Source: Edaphobacter aggregans
GTDB taxonomy: Bacteria > Acidobacteriota > Terriglobia > Terriglobales > Acidobacteriaceae
Direction of reading: 5' to 3'
Assembly: GCF_003945235.1 (NCBI RefSeq)
Contig: NZ_RSDW01000001.1
Coordinates: 4,230,001 to 4,262,000, forward strand
Length of the DNA stretch: 32,000 nt
Shown piece after piece: positions 8,549 through 15,588 of the stretch (positions within the stretch are counted from its first letter, which is position 1; each line of letters opens with the position of its first letter). The notes under the pieces were generated by a model. It was given only the letters and a program-made list of their open reading frames with translations, made no database searches and was not told the origin of the DNA. The position numbers and the translations under genes are program-made.

Positions 8549-10477
8549 ATGAAAAAGACACGGTGTACAGCAGCGTTGGCGATGGTTGCCGTTATGTGCA
8601 CGGCGCCCGCGCACCCGCAACTCAACTTCTGTTTCGGTCCGACGATCGCGCGTAGCGTCCCCAACCCTGTCTTCGACGGCAACATCGACGGGGATAACGG
8701 CTGGCTAAATTCGTTCTTGTACCGTGGCGGAAACGGCGCACCGGACGCCGACATCATCCTGCAGGGGAACAGCTTTACAGACGGCGGCGGCCACCAGTGG
8801 CTCGCCCTCGGCGCCAGCGTGCTCAATGACACCGAGTGGGATGCGGGCGACTCCGTAGTTATCCTCTTCAAGTCCGGCAGCGGTTCCTACAACGAGATTG
8901 TGGTCTCCCCGCTTGAGAACGATGTCGCGCCCACCACCCCAATCGCAAACGGCAGGCCCGGGGCCTCGCAGTACTCCACGTCTTCGACCGGATCCCCGGG
9001 AACCTGGACACTTGTTGGCAATGCTCCGTCGTGGGTAACGTGGGGATCCGTTGGCACGGCGGGTGGCGGGGCGTGCACGGCGGCCCAGCCCGGCACCGCA
9101 TGCAAGTGGACGGTCGAACTCGGCATCGACACCACCGCTGCAGCCGCTGCCGGCGTCACCGGAATCATCAGTCTGAATCAGCTCTACGTTGATGTAGTCG
9201 CAATTTTTGACCGCAGCGGCCCGATGAGCTATCAGTCCTCCTGGCCGAATGGAAATACTTTGGTAGACGGGACCGATTTCACGATCACCCCAGCGGTCGC
9301 TAACTGGGGCGGCGCGTCGACCTCACCAAACGCTTGCAAAGGCGTCTCGGTCAGCTACGCCGACATCAGCGCCAGTCCGCTCGACGTTGGTGGAAATCTG
9401 CAGGCGGGTCTGAGCACAACCCTCACTGCGAAACTTCACAACAGCGGCGCCAACGCGAATGGCGTGATTGCTCACTTCAGCCATGCGCCGTTCGGCGTCT
9501 GTGGACTCGTGGACAGCTGTTTCACTGAGTTCGGCACCAGCAACACTCCCGTGAGCTGTCCGAATGGAGGCACCCCGCCATCATGCTGCACCGGAACTGC
9601 CGCATGCATTCCACCCGATATGAGCAACAATGCGGGCACGGCCCTGCAGGCGTCGTGGACGCCCACCAACGCTGACGATGGTCATCAGTGCATTCGAGTC
9701 AAGCTCGAAGCAACTCAGGCCGGCACCACGTTCGCCAGTTCGGGTGACTTTCATAACATGTGGGTCGACCATTCTTCCAATGTGGACGTGCACGCGCGTA
9801 TCGATATGACCAAGGTTCCGGCGCCTGAGGGCGGAGGCAATCAACGCGTCCGCCTCTACTCGTACCGGCAGACTCAGTACGCTTTCTCCGATGGAACCGC
9901 CCCAGGGGTCGCCGCAGCAACATTCACGGCGCAAATCATCACGCAATACCGCGGCTATCGCTACACCGGCAAGCACGTCACTGTCAACAGAGTGAAATCG
10001 GAAATCTGGGACCCCGTCGGCTCGTACGCCTATACCATTCAGCACGAAGTGGATCAGGCGTTCGAAACCGGATTCGAGCAACGCAACGCCACGGTTTTCG
10101 ATCGGTTCTGCGCGAACTATACTGCCGCACGAACGACCTCTGGAAGTGGTGACTGCATCACCACGCTTAAAGCTCGGATGAGAAAAGATCCGGCTTTGGT
10201 GCAACAGGTCAACACCGCGTTGGCGAGCTTGGCGGAGACGCCGAAGGTAACCGATTGGACCTTTGACTTGCAAGGCGTGAAGCATGTTGGCAACAACCCC
10301 GATCAGGTTGAGCTGGAGGTCCCGTTGAACAGTGCCGTCATGCTGCCAACCAAGATCAGCTACGTAGCGGGGAAAAAGCGGTGCTTCGACCTTGTGGGGG
10401 CCGGGGTTCCCGTCAGCGCCTTTGGTCTGACGATTCTGGGCCTTGGTGTTTACCTGCCCCGGAAAAGAAAGGAGTAG
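8549..10477 (+). CDS. Secreted/surface protein with signal peptide, CARDB-like and Cys-rich regions, and a C-terminal hydrophobic anchor plus basic tail
   Basis: GGAGG (8539-8543) lies 5 nt before ATG 8549; the track start at 8537 is less likely. The signal-peptide-like N-terminus is MKKTRCTAALAMVAVMCTAPAHPQ. VFDGNIDGDNGW resembles the start of CBM9-type domains. VSVSYADISASPLDVGGNLQAGLSTTLTAKLHNSGANANGVIAHF resembles CARDB. There is a Cys cluster, CGLVDSCF...SCPNGGTPPSCCTGTAAC. The C-terminus is GAGVPVSAFGLTILGLGVYLPRKRKE, a TM helix followed by a basic tail. Confidence 0.75.
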   Translation: MKKTRCTAALAMVAVMCTAPAHPQLNFCFGPTIARSVPNPVFDGNIDGDNGWLNSFLYRGGNGAPDADIILQGNSFTDGGGHQWLALGASVLNDTEWDAGDSVVILFKSGSGSYNEIVVSPLENDVAPTTPIANGRPGASQYSTSSTGSPGTWTLVGNAPSWVTWGSVGTAGGGACTAAQPGTACKWTVELGIDTTAAAAAGVTGIISLNQLYVDVVAIFDRSGPMSYQSSWPNGNTLVDGTDFTITPAVANWGGASTSPNACKGVSVSYADISASPLDVGGNLQAGLSTTLTAKLHNSGANANGVIAHFSHAPFGVCGLVDSCFTEFGTSNTPVSCPNGGTPPSCCTGTAACIPPDMSNNAGTALQASWTPTNADDGHQCIRVKLEATQAGTTFASSGDFHNMWVDHSSNVDVHARIDMTKVPAPEGGGNQRVRLYSYRQTQYAFSDGTAPGVAAATFTAQIITQYRGYRYTGKHVTVNRVKSEIWDPVGSYAYTIQHEVDQAFETGFEQRNATVFDRFCANYTAARTTSGSGDCITTLKARMRKDPALVQQVNTALASLAETPKVTDWTFDLQGVKHVGNNPDQVELEVPLNSAVMLPTKISYVAGKKRCFDLVGAGVPVSAFGLTILGLGVYLPRKRKE

Positions 10478-10479
10478 CA

Positions 10480-11322
10480 ATGTCGGCTGGAAATGAAGAA
10501 CTGTTCTTCCATGTGCCGCGGTCGCTCGCAGGCTTCGATCCTTCGATGGTTTGGGCGGCGGGGCTGCTTGCTGCGAGCGCTCATGCGGTCTTCTCGGCAT
10601 GGCGTGCGGGACTAAGTACACGCGCCATGTATCGGGCAGTCGTCTTGTCACTTCTGGGCGGCCTCTGGGGTGCGAATCTGCTTTCTTTACTGGTACACGG
10701 CTGGGAGGGCGGACCGCTGGCTGCCTTTGCGTTCGTGCAAGGCGGGAAGAGTCTGTTCGGAGGACTGCTGCTTGGTGGGTTTGCCGCGGTACTCTATTTC
10801 CACTATCGCAAGTTGCCCATGCTCGCCTACGCTGACGCGGGCATGCTGGCTCTTACGCTCGGTTACGCCATCGGTCGCATTGGATGTTTCCTGAATGGGG
10901 ATGACTACGGCACGTTAACCCACGTTCACTGGGCGGTTGTGTATCCACCGGGGACGGAGGCGTACGAAGCACATCTCGAGCGTGGCTGGATTTCTCCGGG
11001 AGATGCTTGGTCTCTGCCCATCCACCCAGTCCAACTCTATGCGTCCTTGCTGGGGCTAGCTCTCTTCGTCGTGCTCGTGGCCTGGCGTCCTAAGTGGGAG
11101 GGCAGTCGACTCTGCGCCTACCTGATTATTTACGGAGTTAGCCGATTTTTTTTGGAGTATCTCCGCGGCGACTTCCGAAGAGTGCTTGGAACTTTCTCTC
11201 TCCCGCAGCTCTTTAGCCTCTGCTTTATTTCCCTGGGTTTGGTCCTCTGGCTTCATCGAGGAAGGGTGCAAGCCACTGCAATTTCCAGCGCCCCCGTTCC
11301 GGATCAAGCGAGGTCTTGCTAA
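10480..11322 (+). CDS. lgt: Prolipoprotein diacylglyceryl transferase (Lgt) family protein, probable paralog embedded in the eCIS locus
   Basis: ATG 10480 lies 5 nt after AAAGGAG (10468-10474), which sits inside the end of the upstream gene. The track start at 10381 would overlap that gene by about 100 nt. Lgt-family motifs are present: GGKSLFGGLLLGG (the GG-M-S-x-H-GG region), GRIGCFLNGDDYG, HPVQLYASLL and YGVSRFFLEYLRGD. The protein is multi-pass hydrophobic and about 280 aa, the normal Lgt size. Confidence 0.8.
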   Translation: MSAGNEELFFHVPRSLAGFDPSMVWAAGLLAASAHAVFSAWRAGLSTRAMYRAVVLSLLGGLWGANLLSLLVHGWEGGPLAAFAFVQGGKSLFGGLLLGGFAAVLYFHYRKLPMLAYADAGMLALTLGYAIGRIGCFLNGDDYGTLTHVHWAVVYPPGTEAYEAHLERGWISPGDAWSLPIHPVQLYASLLGLALFVVLVAWRPKWEGSRLCAYLIIYGVSRFFLEYLRGDFRRVLGTFSLPQLFSLCFISLGLVLWLHRGRVQATAISSAPVPDQARSC

Positions 11323-13433
11323 TGGCAAGCACTCTAACCGCGGCTCCATTGCGCTGGCGTCGCCGTTATCCGAACGGAGATCTTGCGATCAAGCTGCGCG
11401 TGTCCCACCTGGTTGAGAGTGTTGATTTCGAGCCACGAGAGCTACCCCCGGCGTCCATCCTGATTGTGCGCCGGCTGGAAGATCCCATGCCACGCTGCTT
11501 GCGCGGCGACCCATCAGCGTTGGCCCCGGCGCCGGCGTGGGAGCGGGCGGCGCGTTCAGCCCTTTCTGGCATCGCCCGACAGACCGCACGGCCCATGCGC
11601 GATTTGGTGCCGTCAAACGCGAACGCGGTCTTATTTGCCGACGAGGCGGAGCTTCTGGCTTGCTTCTCACGCGATCTGTTGCGTGGAGTGGTGTCTTCAC
11701 TCTGGTGGTGGAGGACATTTCTGCGCTCCCTGCCCTCCGCCGCAACGCATGGCCTTCTGGAGGCCTGGCGAACAAATATCCGTTCCGTTCCCTCCGCTCT
11801 TGCCCATCTTTCCGAACGGCGGGAGGCGATTTGGGTGCTGAGTAGTTTTACCCCCGCACATGCGTGGCTGATTCTCGAAGAGATTGCCTGCGGCTTTGAT
11901 CTTAAGTTTGTTGTTGCGGCGCGGAAAGCGTCGAGTGGTGTCACTGCAGAGCTCCCTGTTGCGGGCGCAGGGGCGGCAGCCCATCCTGTAGGCACCATCC
12001 CTTTCTGGCCTTCTCCGCAAGACTCTCCACTTGTTGTCGCACCGTGGCACGGAGTCCTGGCCGACCATATCGTTTCCACCAGTCTGGGCTGGGAGCGATC
12101 GGCGCTGCTTGGCGTTTCTCTTTTGCTGTGTCAATCGCCCAAGATTGTTCGCAGCCAGGAGTTCGCCCGGGCGTTTATTCGCTGGCGCCACTCATCGATC
12201 GGGCCAAGCTACGCCATGCAAACAGACGTTCTTGAGGAAACCAACGAGCCAGAATCCGGATCTCGACCTCAAGCTGTCCCTCCCCTAATTCAGCTCCGAC
12301 GCGGGGATTCGAATGAAGGATTCGATAACGTGAAGTCTTCCGCTCTGGATGGCCCAGACCGACACGCGCATGAGGGTGGCTCCCCGAACTTTGATTTGGC
12401 CCCCGAGCTCGATCCCACCTGCCGGGCTACCGATACTTCAACCGAACGCGAGGGTCTTCGGGCAGCGAGAGGCGAGGGAACAGAATGGGGAGCGGAAGCT
12501 TTGCAGGCGAAGGCCATCGCGCCTCATCTTCCCGTGCCTGGCAAATTAGCGTCACAGTCAGTGCGACGAAATGCGACGGCTGCCGAAGTAGTCGAACCTG
12601 TCCCGGTTGAGGAACTAGCTGGACCTATTCCGGTAATGAAGAAGAGTCTGGCTGCCGGTGAGTGCGTATCGACCGCGCTCGGCGGTGTGTTCTTTCTCAT
12701 CAACGTACTGAAAGCGCTTAGATTGTCGCAATTGCTCGAGCAGGAGTGCGGCTGTCAGCTCGGCTTAGGGAGCTGGGAGCTGATCGAGCTCATAGCCCGG
12801 TTCCTGCTTAGGTCGAGTGATGCCTATCTGGCCCAGGATCCTCTGTGGGCTCTTCTGCTGGTCCTCGACGGCCGCCCAGCGGAACAGAAAGCGGGAGCCG
12901 ACTTCTCTCCGCCGGACTGCTACCGCATTCCGGACTCGTGGGTTCCGGATGATGTAACTGACAGGCTTGAGATTCGTTGTTGCGGGCGCCGGCTCGAAGT
13001 CTGGAACCCGCTCGGGTTTCCCCAGATGGTCCGCTATTTTGATCAACCACCGTCGCGAGCGACCATCGAGCAGGAACTTGAGAAGAACGGAGCGCGGGGA
13101 AAGTTCTCACGTCTCCGCCGTCATCCTTCACTGTATAGAGGCGCCGAGGCGCTCGACCTCGCTTTAGACCGGCCGCTCCGGCGCCTTCTGGCCTTCTTGA
13201 TGCCTTTCTTGCGCTGGCGCCTCGCGGCTGGACTCGGGCTAGGCACCGCTCCAAGACCCGACCTCGCCGAAGCCTTACTGTTACGCGTAGCAAACGTCTG
13301 GGTGACATCAACGCACGTTGATTTAATGATGGGCCTGAACCAGGTGACCGCACCGGTTCGTTGTTCGGGCCTCGATACGGACCCAGGATGGGTTCCGGAA
13401 TTGGGGCGAGTCGTCAAATTTCATTTCGACTAG
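11322..13433 (+). CDS. Hypothetical protein, 703 aa, in the position of the eCIS tape-measure/tail-length protein (Afp14-like by position only)
   Basis: ATG 11322 overlaps the lgt stop (TAATG, 11320-11324). The ORF is long and uninterrupted, with an Arg/Trp-rich N-terminal third (SSLWWWRTFLRS), a disordered acidic middle and a C-terminal domain ending VRCSGLDTDPGWVPELGRVVKFHFD. It lies directly upstream of the AAA+ ATPase. The functional assignment rests on position alone. Confidence 0.6.
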   Translation: MASTLTAAPLRWRRRYPNGDLAIKLRVSHLVESVDFEPRELPPASILIVRRLEDPMPRCLRGDPSALAPAPAWERAARSALSGIARQTARPMRDLVPSNANAVLFADEAELLACFSRDLLRGVVSSLWWWRTFLRSLPSAATHGLLEAWRTNIRSVPSALAHLSERREAIWVLSSFTPAHAWLILEEIACGFDLKFVVAARKASSGVTAELPVAGAGAAAHPVGTIPFWPSPQDSPLVVAPWHGVLADHIVSTSLGWERSALLGVSLLLCQSPKIVRSQEFARAFIRWRHSSIGPSYAMQTDVLEETNEPESGSRPQAVPPLIQLRRGDSNEGFDNVKSSALDGPDRHAHEGGSPNFDLAPELDPTCRATDTSTEREGLRAARGEGTEWGAEALQAKAIAPHLPVPGKLASQSVRRNATAAEVVEPVPVEELAGPIPVMKKSLAAGECVSTALGGVFFLINVLKALRLSQLLEQECGCQLGLGSWELIELIARFLLRSSDAYLAQDPLWALLLVLDGRPAEQKAGADFSPPDCYRIPDSWVPDDVTDRLEIRCCGRRLEVWNPLGFPQMVRYFDQPPSRATIEQELEKNGARGKFSRLRRHPSLYRGAEALDLALDRPLRRLLAFLMPFLRWRLAAGLGLGTAPRPDLAEALLLRVANVWVTSTHVDLMMGLNQVTAPVRCSGLDTDPGWVPELGRVVKFHFD

Positions 13434-13444
13434 GCAGGTAGAAA

Positions 13445-15559
13445 TTGGACCGGGAACTCAATCCCTTTTCTGACGTTCCGTGTACCGCACGAGGGCACTT
13501 AGGTCTCCTTTTTTATGAGGCCGCCTGTCGCGTGATCTTCTATCTGCAGCACCGTTCCCAACTTTCCGGCAACTCTCCGAAACAAGTGTTCGAAACCTTC
13601 CCTTTCCTGTCTTCTTACTGGGAAGAACTGCAGCACCGTTTTCCGGAAATAGAGCAAACTGAACAATTCCTGAATATCCTTCGCACCGAGTGTGACCGAT
13701 GGGAGGAGTCCTGCCAGGAATGGCTTCCGCTGCGCGCCGTTCGCCAACAGGCGTCGCTCGGCGCGGAAGCCGTAGCCTGCCTCGTGCTGGCAGGGCTGAC
13801 AGAACAAGACGCGCGCTTCGGTGAATTGTTCAGTGTCCTGCAGCAGCCGCTGGTACAGCGCCGTCCGACGCTTGGCCTTTTGCAACAGCTGATGCAAATG
13901 GAGCAGGGTCCCTCGGACGCTTGGAACCTTTGCCTGCCGCTTCTCGACCAGGGATTGTTGGTCGCCACCAATCGGGATACACCCAGAGCCGAATGGGCAG
14001 TTCGGGTTCCGTCTGCAGTCTGGAGCGCCCTGCGCGGAGAGTACGCCAAAGAGCCCATTCCTGGAACGAAATATCATCCGTCCGGCGATTTTGCCCCCAT
14101 TCGCGAGCTCATACTTGCTCCCGAACAGCGTGCGCAGCTTTCTGAACTGGTCTTGCTCTTAAGCTCGAATCGAACTCGCGCGGTAGTGGTTCGAGGATTG
14201 GCCGGCAGCCCACGCATCGAAATTTTGGGCAGTATATCCCGCGAAATGGGGCGCGGGCTGTTTGAGGTGGATGGGCCGCTGCTTGCCGACGAAGAGCGTC
14301 GCCGCCTGATTGGCCCCATAGCGATCTTGATCAACTGTATCCCGGCGCTCAGTTTTGAACTCGGGACCGGAGAATCCGTCGATATTCCTCCGCTCGGCGG
14401 CTACGCCGGACCGATCGGGCTTTCCCTCGGTTCCGAGGGTGGATTGGCAGGCCCGTTAATGGATCGTTCGGTCACAGTGCATCTCCAACCGGAGACGCCT
14501 GAGCAGCGCCTTCGCTATTGGCAGCGCGAACTCAAAGACCACTCTGCCGAAGATCTGCACCCGATTGCAAAAGGCTTCACCTTGAGCGGAGGCCATATCC
14601 GGAAAGCAGCAAGAGTAGCCGCCACCCACGCGGCGCTCGACGGCCGCTTAAAAATTAATTCGACGGACGTGCGTCAAGCCACCCGCAACCTTGGCCAGAG
14701 ACTTGAGTTTTTGGCCGCTAGATTGGAGGATGGTGGTGACTGGGCACACTTGGTCGTTCCAGCTTCGACGGAACGCGCCTTACACGATCTCCAGACGCGC
14801 TGCCGTCATCGCGAGCAGCTCGCAACCCTGCTGAGCCGCCAGCTACCAGGTGGACTCAACCGGGGAGTGCGTGCCCTCTTTGAAGGGCCCAGCGGCACAG
14901 GTAAAACTCTTGCCGCAAGGATCCTTGCCTCCGAGCTCGGCCTTGATCTTTATCGCGTGGACCTGGCTGCGTTAATGAACAAATACATCGGGGAGACGGA
15001 GAAGAATCTTAGCCGGGTGCTCAGCCGAGCGGAGGACCTTGACGTAATTCTGCTGCTCGACGAAGGTGACTCGCTGATGAGCCGCCGCACCGACGTCAAG
15101 ACAGCGAACGACCGTTACGCAAACCTGGAAACCAACTACTTGCTGCAGCGCCTCGAAACCTACGTGGGAATCGTCCTCGTAACTACCAATATCGGCGGCG
15201 CGATCGACAGCGCATTTCGGCGGCGCATTGATGCGATTGTCAGATTCCATCTCCCGCAGGCGGAAGAGCGCTGGCGCTTGTGGCAGCTCCATCTCCCACC
15301 GCGACATGCCGTCCAGCCCGACGAGTTGGAGACGATTGCGCTGCGATATGAGATGACAGGCGCCCAGATACGCAATGCCTCCGTGCAGGCGGCCCTGTCG
15401 GCAATGCAGGGTTCGCGCGGAGCGATCAAGGTGGCCGATTTAAGAAACGCGATTCAGTCCGAGTATCGCAAGGCCGGCGCCGCCGTGCCCGTCGAAGAAA
15501 TCAGAAGCGCGGAGTGTCAGGAACACCGCCTCTCAGGTTTTCTTTCCGTAATTTCCTGA
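13445..15559 (+). CDS. AAA+ ATPase, eCIS Afp15/Cis15-like (long N-terminal domain plus one classic AAA module)
   Basis: Walker A is GPSGTGKT (about 14884-14907) and Walker B is ILLLDEGD (about 15046-15069). The surrounding sequence LAARILASELGLDLYRVDLAALMNKYIGETEKNLSRVLSRAE and the sensor/Arg-finger region VTTNIGGAIDSAFRRRID are typical of the classic AAA clade. The start is apparently TTG at 13445, with no in-frame ATG nearby. The N-terminal ~470 aa domain resembles those of eCIS ATPases. Confidence 0.9.
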   Translation: MDRELNPFSDVPCTARGHLGLLFYEAACRVIFYLQHRSQLSGNSPKQVFETFPFLSSYWEELQHRFPEIEQTEQFLNILRTECDRWEESCQEWLPLRAVRQQASLGAEAVACLVLAGLTEQDARFGELFSVLQQPLVQRRPTLGLLQQLMQMEQGPSDAWNLCLPLLDQGLLVATNRDTPRAEWAVRVPSAVWSALRGEYAKEPIPGTKYHPSGDFAPIRELILAPEQRAQLSELVLLLSSNRTRAVVVRGLAGSPRIEILGSISREMGRGLFEVDGPLLADEERRRLIGPIAILINCIPALSFELGTGESVDIPPLGGYAGPIGLSLGSEGGLAGPLMDRSVTVHLQPETPEQRLRYWQRELKDHSAEDLHPIAKGFTLSGGHIRKAARVAATHAALDGRLKINSTDVRQATRNLGQRLEFLAARLEDGGDWAHLVVPASTERALHDLQTRCRHREQLATLLSRQLPGGLNRGVRALFEGPSGTGKTLAARILASELGLDLYRVDLAALMNKYIGETEKNLSRVLSRAEDLDVILLLDEGDSLMSRRTDVKTANDRYANLETNYLLQRLETYVGIVLVTTNIGGAIDSAFRRRIDAIVRFHLPQAEERWRLWQLHLPPRHAVQPDELETIALRYEMTGAQIRNASVQAALSAMQGSRGAIKVADLRNAIQSEYRKAGAAVPVEEIRSAECQEHRLSGFLSVIS

Positions 15560-15588
15560 TAACTCTGGCGCCCGCAAGGTCCAAGAAC

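Noticed and set aside
10397-10474. The C-terminal tail of the surface protein might be a canonical PEP-CTERM signal.
   Set aside because: The layout fits (motif, then TM helix, then a basic cluster), but the diagnostic P-E-P is replaced by P-V-S. I report it only as a PEP-CTERM-like anchor pending an HMM test.
15514-15588. ORF-track upstream start codons: 15514 for the DUF4157 gene, 10381 for lgt, 8537 for the surface protein, and 4338 and 11316 for the coupled genes.
   Set aside because: Each would create a long overlap with the upstream gene, or would lack a Shine-Dalgarno sequence. Downstream ATGs at 15589, 10480, 8549, 4344 and 11322 have GGAGG/AAGGAG at correct spacing or form ATGA/TAATG coupling overlaps.
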